From an uncultured Verrucomicrobiae bacterium (GTDB lineage Bacteria > Verrucomicrobiota > Verrucomicrobiia > Limisphaerales > JAFGQR01): a stretch of DNA of 64,000 bases. Where the stretch lies: contig CAWBHS010000058.1 of NCBI GenBank assembly GCA_963788655.1, forward strand, positions 58,645 through 122,644, written 5' to 3'. Within the stretch, counting starts at the first letter, position 1. Every line of letters begins with the position of its first letter. Below, piece by piece: positions 33,353 to 45,327 of the stretch. The notes under the pieces were generated by a model. It was given only the letters and a program-made list of their open reading frames with translations, searched no databases and was not told the origin of the DNA. A program made the translations under genes and the position numbers.

Positions 33353-33952
33353 ATGACAAAGATACTGGTGCTCTATTACTCGATGTACGGTCACATTGAA
33401 ACCATGGCTCACGCCGTGGTCGAAGGCGCGCGCTCGGTCGAGGGCGTGGAGGTCACCCTCAAACGGGTGCCTGAATTGATGTCCGAAGACGTGGCGCGGA
33501 AAGTGGGGGCCAAGCTCGATCAACCCGCGCCCCTGGCCTCACCCAAGGAACTGGGCGATTACGATGCCATCCTTTTCGGAACGCCCACCCGTTTCGGCAA
33601 CATGGCGGCGCAGATGCGCAATTTTCTCGACCAGACCGGCAGCCTCTGGCTCAGCGGCAAGTTGGTCGGCAAAGTGGCCAGCGTGTTCGCCAGCACCGGT
33701 ACGGGCGGCGGCAACGAATCGACGATTCTCACGTTCATCCCCACACTGTTGCACCAGGGAATGATCTACGTGGGGCTGCCGTACACCTGCCCGGAATTGA
33801 CGAACCTCAGCGAATTGAAGGGGGGTTCCCCATACGGCGCCGCCACCATCGCCGGCTCGGACGGTTCGCGCCAACCGAGCCAAATCGAGCTGTCGATGGC
33901 GCGGTTCCAAGGCCGGCACGTGGCCACCATCGCGCACCGTTTGACGCCGTGA
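33353..33952 (+). CDS. wrbA: NAD(P)H:quinone oxidoreductase WrbA
   Basis: [57 protein letters not shown] upstream. Confidence 0.95.
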   Translation: MTKILVLYYSMYGHIETMAHAVVEGARSVEGVEVTLKRVPELMSEDVARKVGAKLDQPAPLASPKELGDYDAILFGTPTRFGNMAAQMRNFLDQTGSLWLSGKLVGKVASVFASTGTGGGNESTILTFIPTLLHQGMIYVGLPYTCPELTNLSELKGGSPYGAATIAGSDGSRQPSQIELSMARFQGRHVATIAHRLTP

Positions 33953-33969
33953 GGCAAATTGAAGGATTG

Positions 33970-33983
33970 TTGACAGGCGTCAA
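33970..33983. promoter_or_regulatory. Putative Crp/Fnr-family binding box
   Basis: Perfect palindrome TTGAC-AGGC-GTCAA, ~105 bp upstream of the ygbA-like start. Confidence 0.45.
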
Positions 33984-34087
33984 TTCTATTGGTGCCAATT
34001 GGGGTAAATTCAGGACGAACGGTGACCGGCTGCTCGAGCATCGGAGTATTGCTGACTGTGGCTTCCCTGGTTACCGGACCAACAATA

Positions 34088-34444
34088 ATGGCGCTGACGC
34101 ACAAACGACTGATTCGCGAACACCGAACGATTTCGGCAATGCTGAACCTGTATTGCCGCGATCATCATGATCCGATGGACGGGCTTTGCCCCGAATGCCA
34201 GTCGCTGCTGGAGTATGCGGAGCAGCGGTTGGAACGTTGTGTGTTTCAAGAGCACAAACCGACGTGCGCCCATTGCCCGGTCCATTGCTATCGCGCCGAG
34301 TATCGGGAGCGGATCAGAGAGATGATGCGCTACGCGGGACCGCGCATGCTATGGCGGCATCCGCTTCTGGCCGTTCGGCACCTGCTGGATGGCCGACGGG
34401 AAGCGCCGGACTTGAAAGCCGTCGCGGCTGGTTCGAAAGGATGA
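34088..34444 (+). CDS. ygbA: YgbA-family (nitrous oxide-stimulated promoter family) Cys-rich protein
   Basis: REHRTISAM..LYC..HH...LCPEC..LLEYA..RLERC.F..KPTCAHCPVHCY...IREMMRYAGPRMLWRHP. Confidence 0.9.
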   Translation: MALTHKRLIREHRTISAMLNLYCRDHHDPMDGLCPECQSLLEYAEQRLERCVFQEHKPTCAHCPVHCYRAEYRERIREMMRYAGPRMLWRHPLLAVRHLLDGRREAPDLKAVAAGSKG

Positions 34445-34625
34445 AAGGGAAGACACTTCTTAAACCCAGCTTCGCGCAGAGAACCCTCGATGAGTAGCAG
34501 CAGACGTTGAGTTTCCAACCACCTCCGGCTGGCCTGGCAATTTGCCCGCGGATTTGGGTCCCGGCCATTTCCGGCATTGGCCCAAGCCCGTTCCGGTTGC
34601 TACGCTCGCTGCCATCAACACGATT

Positions 34626-37015
34626 ATGAAGACACAACGAGTTGTTTGGCCCGTGGCTGGTTTATTCTTCGGGCTTCTGAGCGCAAGCTGCGGCACGGCT
34701 CTGTTCGCCGCCGAAAATCCCTCGTCCATCTCGCTCGCCGGTTCCTGGCGTTTCCAGTTGGACCGGGAAGACGTTGGCCAGCGGGAGAAGTGGTTTTCGC
34801 GCTCGCTGCCACAAACGATCAACCTTCCCGACGCGCTGCAAAACCAGGGCTTCGGCAATGACATCACGGTGGACACCCAATGGACCGGCGAGGTCGGCAC
34901 GGACCGTTGGAAGAACGAACCGCAATACGCGAAATACCGCCAACCCGGCAATCTCAAGATCCCGTTCTTCCTCCAACCGGAGAAGCATTACGTCGGGGCC
35001 GCGTGGTATCAACGGGACCTCGAGATTCCCGCGACTTGGCAAGGACAGCGCGTGGTGCTGACGCTGGAACGTCCGCACTGGGAGACGCGCGTGTGGCTGG
35101 ACCAGCGCGCAGTGGGCACAAACAATAGTCTCAGCACTCCGCACGAATACGATCTGGGCACGGGCCTCACGCCCGGCCGGCACACGCTCACGATTCGGGT
35201 CGATAATCGCATTCTCGTGGATGTGGGCGATTGGTCGCACAGCGTTTCGGATCACACGCAAGGCAACTGGAACGGGATCGTGGGCAAACTCACGCTTTCA
35301 GCCACCAGCCCAACGTGGCTTGAGGACGTGCAGGTTTACCCCCAAGTCGCGACCAAAACAGTGATGGTGAAAGGCAGGATCGGCAATGCCGCGGGCCAAG
35401 CCGGCCAGGGAACGCTGAAGTTGTCGGTGAAGCCGTTCACCGCACGCAACCACGCTGGCCAGGATGAGCGTGCCACTTTAAACCAATCCCAAACCGCACC
35501 AGTTGCTTGGGATGCTCGCGCCGGCACTTCGAAGCCAAAGTGCCAATGCCATCGAACGCGCAGCTTTGGGACGAGTTCAATCCGAGGCTTTACCGGCTTT
35601 CGGCGACACTTCAAAGCGATGGAAACAATCCTCTCAAACCAGCCGCCCTCCGTGCGGGAGGTCGCCTTCGGCCTGCGCTCCGTCGGCACCACGCCGGACA
35701 AGCTCATCACGATCAATGGCCGCAAGACCTTCTTCCGCGGGACACTCGAATGCTGCATCTTCCCAAAGACCGGTTACCCGCCCACCGACGTCGAATCGTG
35801 GCGGCGCATCATCCGCATCGCCAAAGCGCACGGTTTGAATCATATCCGGTTCCACTCCTGGTGCCCGCCCGAGGCGGCCTTTGTGGCGGCCGACGAATTG
35901 GGTTTCTACTACCAGGTCGAGTGCGGCGTGTGGACGCAACCCGGCAATGGCAAGCCGATCGATCGATGGATTTACGACGAAAGCGAACGCATCGTGCGCG
36001 CTTACGGCAACCATCCGTCGTTCGTCCTGTTCACCCATGGCAACGAACCGCACGGGCCGAACCGCGACAAATTCCTGGCCGGCTGGGTTAATCACTGGAA
36101 GCAAAAAGATCCACGCCGGTTGGTCACCAGCGGCTCGGCCTATCCGCAATTGCCGGAGAACCAGTATCACGTCTATCACGGCCCGCGCGGCCCCAAAGGC
36201 TGGGGCGGCAAGGATTACACGGAGGCCGTCAAACAGTTCGACGTGCCGGTGATCGTCCACGAAATGGGGCAATGGTGTGTCTATCCCAACTTCGACGAGA
36301 TGCCCAAATACACCGGGCCGCTCAAGCCGAAGAACTTTGAGATCTTCCGTGATTCGTTGGCCGAACACGGCATGTTGGATCAATGGCGCGACTTTCTGAA
36401 AGCCTCCGGCAAACTTCAGGTCTTGTGCTACAAGGAGGAAATCGAGGCGGCGTTGCGCACGCCCGGCGTCAGCGGCATCCAGTTGTTGGACCTGCACGAT
36501 TTTCCCGGACAAGGCACTGCGTTGGTCGGCGTGCTGGACGCGTTCTGGGACAGCAAGGGTTACGTGACGCCCGAAGAATTCCGCCGGTTTTATAACCGCA
36601 CCGTGCCGCTCGCCCGCCTGCCCAAACGAGTGTGGACCCGGGACGAAACAGTCACCGCGGAATTGACGGTCGCCCATTTCGGTCCGGCACCGCTGCCAGA
36701 TGCGCCAGTATCCTGGAAGCTGCTGGACGCCTCTGGCAAATCAGTAGCCGGCGAGAAGCTGAAGACACGGACCATTCCCGTGGACCGTTCGGTGGCGTTG
36801 GGCAAACTCGAATTGGCTTTGCACGCGTTGCCCGCTCCGGCCAGCTACAAGTTGGTTCTTAAGATTGGTCCGCTGCCCTCCCCTGCCCCATCCGGATCAT
36901 CCGTATTCGAAAACGACTGGAACCTGTTCATCTATCCGGCGAGCGTTTCCGCCGACGCGTCTGCGGACGTCTTGGTGAGTGATACGTTTAGCGAGGCCGT
37001 CCGAGGCCGCCTTGC
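34626..37015 (+). pseudogene. Glycoside hydrolase family 2 protein, truncated by AT-richer island
   Basis: Signal peptide, GH2 sugar-binding (LAGSWRF...HYVGAAWYQR), Ig and TIM domains (RFHSWCPP, NHPSF...GNEP, HEMGQ); compensating frameshifts ~35520 and ~35645 (alt frame AQLWDEFNPRLY); GH2-like text stops after ENDWNLFIYP...VSDTFSEAVRGRLA. Confidence 0.75.
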
Positions 37016-37210
37016 GATTGCTGGGCCGAATGCGGCGGGTTTACGTCGGGCGCTTTTTGATGCGGTGACGATCGCTGCTTGGTACGTGCAAGATCTTTTC
37101 TTGAAAGCGATCAAGAAAATGGGTTGGGCCTGGCAGGTGGTGCTCACGCAGGAGCAATCGCTGAGGATTTCGCTTGACTGTATTCGGTCCAAGGATTAGG
37201 CAGTGACCTT

Positions 37211-39453
37211 ATGAAGCCACACTCATGGCGTGCCCTTGCCAGAATCGCTACCGGTAGCTGCCAAGCATCGCTTTGCCTCTTTTGGTTTGCGGCAGCATGC
37301 TCAAGAAACGCTCAATCGAATCCTCAAAACGACCAGCAATCTGCAAAACATGACTCAGTTACTGTTGCCAAGCTTCCTGAGTTCCATGGAGTTTATGTGA
37401 AGAAAGGAACTGATTACGTTGAACTTAAAGACAATGGTAGCTTTCAGGATTGCGCTGTAGGGGCCGACGCATATTTGCTTCTCTATCAGAAAGCACTCAA
37501 CTCAACGCTGAGCATAGTCTCGGAGCAGCCACAACTTTTAAGATATGTTCACGTTCGTCACAAGATAAAGAAACTCTTTCCGGGAACCGGACCGTTCTCC
37601 GTAGAAAGCAGCGGACATTTCAACGATTAATGAGTGGCGCCCTTTAGGAACGCCCATTGCCTGCCGCACTAGGTCCGTGCCTGATCAGCCAGATATGATT
37701 CTTATTGTTCCCCCAGAGGCGCTGGAACCGGGCGGCTACCACCTTCTCAATTTCAATTCGCGGTTTTGCGTAAACTTGGATCAAAGTGGGGCTCATGTTG
37801 ATGAGTTCAGTGACGGCTATCATCCAACCTTTCATCTAGACGCTATTTTACTCATGTCAAAGAAAACCGCCTACGACTTGATGAACCGTAAGGAGTGGGG
37901 ACGAGCAATTGACGTATTTGACGTGGTGTTACGATTTTCGCCAACAGATAAAGAGGCACGGGATAAAACTGTACCGAAGCATCGTTAAATCAAAAGCTTG
38001 ACGCCGCAGAACATCACGAATCTTCCGACGAATGGGAACCAGCAGTTCATCTGTACAATGAGGCCCTTGAAATGTCCCCGGCAATAGCCGCATTATGAGC
38101 GCGATAGCTAAACTGACTAACAAGTTGGTCGATCTTGGGAAAGCATCTATGGCTCGCAAGGAATGGGATGGCGCTTTAGTGCACTTCAACCTCGCGTTGA
38201 AGATGACTAATAGCCCGGTTCAGATGGGACGCATGCGTGATGAAGCATTTTATTCGCTCAGATTGGATTCCGGCACGGCTGCCGAGATGGCTGGTGAATG
38301 GGGATATGCTTACACTTACTACAAGCAGGCAAAAGAATTACGGCCAAACGATGAACGCCCCAAAAATGGCTTAGCTAGAGTACGTGACGATGCCTCGCTT
38401 GATCCAACAATTTTTGAACTCACAAAAAGCTTTTCCGGAATAGCCCAAGTAGAATGCTCGTCAAACAGTCTAGCATTAATTAGAGGTAGCCGTGAGCGTC
38501 AGAAAAGTTGCATTATATGGGATCCAAAGGATTCAAAAGAAATCGCAAGGATCGAGCAAGCATCAAGCGATGTACGGGACTTACTTACATGTTGGAACCA
38601 GTTTTATTACAGTCTCGATTCTAAGTGGTTCGCTGCGAATGAATGGGAAGGAAGCGACGCTGTAATGCGCTTCCACAGTGTTAAGACTGGCAAACCGATT
38701 GGGCTTATCCGCTCCGGAGACAGGGGAAGTCAGATCAGAAATTTCGTTGGTAGCCCTGACAGAAAGCACTTTGTAATGCAGACCGATTCATTTAGATGCA
38801 TGCTATTTGCAATCGACGCTACCAACGTTAACAGACTAGGAGAGATTGCAGTTCACAATAACATAATCCATATTATTCTCTTTTCTCCAGATGGGAGGAT
38901 GCTTATAAGCTTGGACAACTTTGGTTGTGTTGTTTCGGATGTTGAAACGAGAAAAGCTCGGTTCCACATTAGAGTTGGAGATATAAGCTGCTTTTGTGTA
39001 AGTGAAGACGGAAAGATGTTTGCAGCGAGCAGTGGAAATACGGGAAATGTCTGTATCTGGAGCCTGCACGATGGTAACGAGGTCAATAGATTTCGCGCGC
39101 ATGACGGTCGTATCACGTGCTTAAAGATCAGTGCGGACGGAAAAACGCTGGCCTCTGGCGGAAAGGATGGCACTGTGAAGCTATGGGTCATTCCAAGCGG
39201 CGACTTGCTTTATGAGCTGAAAAGCCATCGAGGAAGTATCACAGATCTGGATTTTTCTGCGCAAGATAAGGTATTGGTTTCATGTGGAGAGGACAACCGG
39301 ATAATCCTATGGGATACGCGCTCTGGAAATGAATTGCGCAGTCTTTCCGGGCATAACTCGCCGCTCCTTATGGCAAAATTTACATGCGGCGGGCGAGTTT
39401 TGGCCACACATAGCAAAGACGGCAAGGTGAATCTTTGGAAACTAAGAGAGTGA
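37211..39453 (+). CDS. Lipoprotein with TPR and WD40 repeats (split by about three frameshifts)
   Basis: Lipobox-like FAAAC; ORFs 37211-37630, 37677-37988 and 38095-39453 are linked by open overlapping frames (TINEWRPLGTPIACRTRSVPDQPDM; EASLNQKLDAAEHH..EWEPAVHLYNEAL); WD40 repeats AHDGRITCLKISADGKTLASGGKDGTVKLW, SHRGSITDLDFS...RIILWD. Confidence 0.7.
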
Positions 39454-39645
39454 GGCATACGTCCGGTGGTGTTTACAGTATTCCACAACGGCGCGATGAG
39501 CGGGACGATTCAAGATTAAGAGAATCTCCAACTCGGTCTTGTCGGCCATTGTGTTGTAACTCCAGTTTCCAAAGCCTCAGGCGCGTCTAGCAAGATTCAG
39601 GCTAAACCGGCGGCCGTTCGGCTTGGGCGAGGTTCTTTTAAAGGT

Positions 39646-39674
39646 TTGACAGAATGAACGCAATTCCGTATCGT
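39646..39674 (+). promoter_or_regulatory. Sigma70-type promoter
   Basis: TTGACA-N17-TATCGT, followed by AAGGAG RBS before ATG 39722. Confidence 0.55.
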
Positions 39675-39721
39675 TCCGCCATTGGTATCGAGCATCATAA
39701 CGAACGGAAGGAGTTATACTT

Positions 39722-40226
39722 ATGAAGACGATGAGAATGACGACAGTTTTCCTCGCGCTTGTCGCCGTTGTTCTTGCTACTGCATTTACCAGTTTATGGA
39801 TTTCGGGATACAGGGGACCTGCCGCCAAGCAAACTGATCCGATATCCGAAGAAACAAAGAAGAACCTTCGGTCCTTCAAGAAAGCTTTTAATAAAGCGAT
39901 AGCGGCAGAGGGGGGCTGCCATTACTCGTGAACAGAGTCCGAGCAGAGGGGCAGCCGCACAATCTGGCACCAGATTAGTCGGAAAATGGGATAATGGCCG
40001 TGGCTCTTGGTCTGAATACTACTCAGACGGAACCGCAACTTTTGCGCAGGGAGGCGGGACGAGGCTTTCTGGAAGATATGTCTTTCTGGAAGACGGCCGC
40101 TTGAAAATTGAAGCCGGAATGCTCGGAGTTACTACGATCCTTACATATAAACTTATCTTTTCTGGAGATACCGTCACATTTGAAGGCGAGGACGGAAAAC
40201 TAGAGACTTACCGCAAAGTTCGTTGA
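39722..40226 (+). CDS. Membrane-anchored hypothetical protein (frameshifted near 39910)
   Basis: N-terminal TM ORF 39722-39931 continues in another frame as LVGKWDNGRGSWSEYYSDGTATF...GRYVFLEDGRLKIE...TYRKVR* (lipocalin-like beta-barrel style). Confidence 0.55.
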
Positions 40227-40229
40227 AAC

Positions 40230-40409
40230 ATGCGAGAGGGTAGTGGTGCGGCCACGGCCCGGTGGTCGAACACCGGCACGCTGCAAGTGCTGAAGTTTGG
40301 ACAGTCGGTCCGGGCACGTTATCTGAAGCTGGTTGCCCGATCCGAAGTGAACCGGAATCCGTTCGCCAGCGTAGCGGAACTGGATGTGTTGACCGATGAC
40401 CAGCCATGA
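40230..40409 (+). pseudogene. C-terminal remnant of an F5/8 type C (discoidin/CBM32) domain
   Basis: Translates ...ATARWSNTGTLQVLKFGQSVRARYLKLVARSEVNRNPFASVAELDVLTDDQP*, the characteristic last strands of F5/8C (ARYxxL...AEL); host-like GC resumes here. Confidence 0.65.
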
Positions 40410-40528
40410 GGAATTCGAAGGGAGTCCCGACGGATGGTTGAACGAATTCGAGGAACTGCAGTTCCGCCGCCCTGCTGGGCAGGGAATAGCCAGTTGTTCT
40501 CACGGTTGCCATTGTCTATTGTTCGCAG

Positions 40529-43500
40529 GTGAATGTCAGCGCGTCAGCATCTGGCTGGAAGTTGAGCCGAAAGTCGGTTGCGGCAGCCTTAGCCATCTTG
40601 GCCTTCTGGTTGACAGGATTCTTCTGTGTCAGGACAGACGGCGCGTCCGGGAACGGTCCGATCATTTCGCGCATCGCGGGTCTGCAAATGGCCGCCAACA
40701 CCATGCGCGCCATACCGTTCTCGGTGCAGGACGACAATACCGAGGTGGTTGACTTGCTCGTCCGCGCCACATCGTCGAATACCAACCTGATTCCCAACGA
40801 ATATCTCCACGTGCGCGGAATTGGAACGAGGCGCGAACTACACCTCCGGCCACGGCTGAATCAGACAGGCTCCACGGAAATCACCGTCTCGGTGGCGAAT
40901 CCCGAGGGCAACAAAAGTGAGCAGCGGTTTGCGGTCCAAGTGAATCCGGCATCCTACCCCCAAGCCAACGTCCTGATGGCAAACGCGGTGGTCGATGAAG
41001 TCGCTCCCGCCATTACGCTGGAGTGGAACACGATCAAGGGCGCGGACGGTTACAGCGTTTTCCGCCGGACCAAAGGCGCCGCCGATTGGGGGGAAGCGCT
41101 GATCAGCAATTTGCCGCCGGCCACGACCAGTTTCACGGATACCCACGTGTCAGTCGGCTCGGAGTTTGAATACAAAATCCTGGCCGGCCCCCAGCATGCC
41201 TTTCACTATCCGGCCTGCCTGAGTGCCGGCATCAAGGCGCCCTTAATCGATGACCGCGGAACGCTGATTCTGGTCGTGGACCAATCCCATGCCGCGAACC
41301 TCGCAGTAGAATTGGCCCGCCTCCAGCAGGACCTTGTCGGTGAGGGATGGACGGTAATCCGGCACGATGTCTCGCCTTCTGCCGAGGTGACCGCAGTCAA
41401 AGCTTTGATCAAGGCCGATTACGATCGTGATCCGGCTCGCGTGAAATCCGTCTTTCTGTTTGGCCATGTGCCCATCCCTTACTCCGGTTGGATGAATCCG
41501 GATGGGCATTATAAACGCGCATTTCCGGCGGACGTTTTCTATGCCGATATGGATGGGCAGTGGACCGATTACCTCGTGTTGTCCTCGGCCATCACTCCGG
41601 CGGTCGGCGGCCGGGGAGGCAGGAACTATCAAGAAGGCAGCCGGCCTGAGACTCGCAATTACCCGGGCGATGGCCGCTACGACCCCAGCACCATCCCGTC
41701 CGCGGTGGAACTGCAAATTGGCCGGGTGGACATGTTCAACTTGCCGGCCTTCCTGCCCATGAGCGAAGCGGACTTGCTGAAACAGTACCTGGATAAAGAT
41801 CACAACTATCGTCACGGCAAGCTGCACGTCGCCCGGCGTGGTCTGGTGGATGGTTGGATTCAGCCATACGCTCAACAAGAGTCCGCCCTGGTGGGCCCGG
41901 ATCAGATTGTCGCAGCGCCGTTCCTGAAGGCGCTGAGCCGCGAAAGCTACGTGTGGGCCGGGCGGGCGCAGTTTGGGAACTACCATGGATTCAATGATGG
42001 AGGCGGCTCCACGTCCGATTTTGCCCGCATCGATGCGCAAGCCGTATTCGTGGAATTGTTCGGCAGTTACTTCGCCGAATGGGATTTTTGGGACGATTTC
42101 CTGCGGGCGCCGTTGGGTTGCCCGACCTATACCCTCGCCAGTTTCTATGGCAGCCGGCCGCTGTGGGATGTTTATCCGATGGCCTTGGGGGAGGACATTG
42201 GCTACTGCGCCCGGATGACACAGAACAAACCCGATCACGGTTACCAACTCGATCTCGCCAGTGGTGGAGTGCATATCGCGCTCCTGGGTGATCCAACGTT
42301 GCGATTGCATCCGGTCAGCCCAGCGTCCGGCTTGGTAGCCCGCCTGGCACGAGGCGACGTTCAGTTGAGCTGGCAGGAAAGTGAGGACGCCGTTGAAGGC
42401 TATCATGTGTATCGGGCCGCCCAGCCGACCGGATCGTTTGACCGGCTGACTGATTCATTGGTAACCGGCACCCATTACACCGATTCGAACGTCGCCTTGG
42501 GCACCCACAGCTACATGGTTCGCGCGGTGAAATTGGAACTCTCCCCGTGCGGCACTTACTTCAATCCCAGCCAGGGAATGACCTGTCAGGCCACCTTGGC
42601 CGCCAAGCCGGACACTGTTCCGCCATCCATCGCCATTGTCACGCCTACGAACAACGCCGACGTTTGGAAACCCATCAACATTACCGCCGAAGCCAACGAC
42701 AACCGCGAAGTGGCTCAGGTGGAATTCTTCCTGGACGGGCAACACTTAACCACCGTAACCCAACCACCCTATCGCACCACGTGGAACGAAACGTTTCCCA
42801 CTGCCGGCTCGCACCAACTCAAGGCCGTGGCACTGGACACTTCCGGCAACGCGTCCGTGAGCACCACCACCTTTCGAGCGGTTGCCCGCGACACCATTGC
42901 TCCGCGCCTTTCGATTACGGAACCAGCCAATCAGGATAGCGTGTGGGGAAATGTGATCGTCCGCGCGGCTGTCGAGGATAATGCCGGCATTGATCGGGTG
43001 GAACTGTGGGTGGACGGAGCCCGGTACGCGACTCGAACCCAACCGCCCTTCAAGTTCCTCTGGCGAACGTTTGATATTGCCAAGATCAACAACCTCGACA
43101 CGGATTCGCAGACCGCGGCTGATGGACCGCATCAATTGGTCGTCAAAGCCTTCGACCTTTCCGGCAACCAAACCGAACATTCGTTGTCGTTAACCGTGGA
43201 CAGCTCGCGCAGTCGGCCCACGATCTTGCCCGCGTCGATCGCGAACAACCCTTTCCAATCCAGGCGGCGTGGGCAGCATCACGTTCAATTGGCAGGGCGG
43301 GCCAATGGGCCACCGGTACCTGGCCTTCGTCCATTTGGTCGAGGAGCAATCCGGCAAGGTGTATCCGTTTGACAGCCATCAGCCACCGCTGCCCACTCAT
43401 TATTGGTCGGGCAGCTACAGTTATCCCGTCATGTTCAAGCTGAACCCTGCCATCCCTCCGGGCCGCTACAAAATGATGGCGGGCCTCTATGTCGGGCCAC

Positions 43501-44300
43501 ACCGGGCGGAATTGAATCCCGGTCCGGGAACGGTGGCAGACAATCAACACCGTTATCAAATCGGCACGCTGACCATCACGCCGGATACCACGCCGCCAGA
43601 ATTCATCGATTCCAGCTTAACCAATGGTGCCAAGGTCCAGGGCACGGCGGAAGTTAAAGTGCGTGCCCGTGACCTGGACCGGGTGAGCCGCATGGAACTT
43701 GAGGTCGATGGGCAGTTGGTGGCGGCCGTAGCGGCGGACAAACTGCGCGTGGATGAAAACGACATCGTCCAAGGACAGTTCTCCTGGGATACGGCCACCG
43801 TTTCCTCCGCAATTCATAAACTGGCAATCAAGGTTGTCGATCCGTCCGGCAATGCCACCAACCGGACCATCAACCTGGAAGTCAACAACCCAGTCGTCTA
43901 TTTGGCAACGCCATCCACCCCGACCGCCGTTCCCGGCGGTCAAGTGCAATTGATCTATCATTGGAGTGGCGGTCCGCTGCCGTTCCCCGCAAACGTGCTT
44001 ACATTGTTTGTCGCCCCCAAAGGAAACCAACTGACTCCGCAGTTCGCTTTCAACCACACGCCCCAGCCGGCGTTGGATGCCTGGACCGGCGGCGAGGTAA
44101 CCGACAAACAATCGATTTCGGTCCCTGCCAACACCCCCGCCGGAACATATCAAATCGTAGTTATCCTGACCAGTAGTGGTGGGCCGGTCCGCGGGAAACT
44201 GATGTCGATCTCTCCCGGCCCCGGCGTGGAAGTGCTGGATTTGGCGAACCACAAATTCTGTCAAATCGGCAGCCTGACGGTGACGCCCGAACGACATTAG
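40529..44300 (+). CDS. Secreted FN3/Ig-repeat protein with peptidase C25 (gingipain)-like core; frameshift near 43260
   Basis: LILVVD..., VFLFGHVPIPYSG, ADVFYADMDG, ELQIGRVD, LLGDPTLR; flanking FN3 and Ig domains; ORF 43269-44300 continues with further Ig-like domains. Confidence 0.65.
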
Positions 44301-44622
44301 AACAGTCCGTATCCGCTGGGGTTTTCTCGAACCAACGTTAGGAGTAGTTCCCAAACGACCTAAGCCTTCCGCCCAGCCAAAATCGGGGGCGCACCTGATT
44401 GTAGAACAACGCCCAAGCGCGATGCTGTCCATGCGCGAACGACTCGGGGTGGTCCGAATCGGAAGACACCGGCGGACGGCTTTGGATTGAAATTGGGCGC
44501 CGTAATAGTCGTGGTTTCATGCCGAGGCCCGTTGACGCTGCAATAGCTTGGTTTCAAGCAAAGACCCCCTGGCGAAACCGCACGACTGTTCAGTAACTGA
44601 ATCAAACCTAAAGGATCACACT

Positions 44623-45077
44623 ATGCGAAAGTCAGCCACCGAGAAGAAGACCCAAACCCGCCAGCCGGGCGGATCGACCCAGGCCGCCCAGTCAATAGAT
44701 CCGGCAACCTCCGTCCGCCAGCCGAAGATAGCCAGTTCACCGCCGCCGGGATTTGCGCGCCAACAGCCCGAAGGTTCCGCGAAATCCGTCGCAACCAGTA
44801 AAGGCAAGAACGTTGATCTCTGGTTCGACCATCCGAACGCCCAAGCGGTGTTTGTGGCGGGGACGTTTAACCACTGGCAACCCGACGCTACCCCGTTGAA
44901 ACATGAGTCCGGCGACAAGTGGGTCGCCCATCTAAACCTCCAGCCCGGCACTTACGAATATCGCTTCGTGGCCGATGGCCAGTGGTACGACGACCCGGCT
45001 CAGCCCAGCACCGGACGAATCCCTTCGGCGGCAATAATTCGGTACCGACGGTCGCGGCTGCACGCCAGGCGAGATAA
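44623..45077 (+). CDS. Glycogen-binding (CBM48/AMPK-beta-like, isoamylase early set) domain protein
   Basis: AQAVFVAGTFNHWQP...LQPGTYEYRFVADGQWYDDP, then a frameshift near 45000 to NPFGGNNSV; RBS AAGGA. Confidence 0.8.
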
Positions 45078-45327
45078 TTCACGAAAGGCCAACTGGCACT
45101 TCAATCCCAGGGCCACACGGGGAGGACCGTTAGACAAACAGCCCGAAAGCCAAAGGCTTTAAGAATTCTGCCTACGCGGACTGCATGTCCTGCCTACTCG
45201 GGACTACCAATGTGCGCCTATTGCAGTGCCCGTCCCGACATACGATGCTCTTAACAATGAAGTTAAGGCCAATGGGCGGCAAAGCAGTTATGTCGCCCAG
45301 AGTCAGGCTACAATCGAAGGCGTCAAA

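Larger units (their letters stand above)
37016..40229. mobile_element. AT-richer inserted segment (putative horizontally acquired island) inside the GH2 gene
   Basis: Visible drop in GC and shift to A/T-ending codons; flanked by the 5' part and a 3' remnant of a GH2 gene; no transposase or integrase seen. Boundaries approximate. Confidence 0.55.

Noticed and set aside
37016..37199. Genuine C-terminus of the GH2 protein
   Set aside because: Codon style changes here and the expected tail appears at 40230-40409; treated as read-through into inserted DNA.
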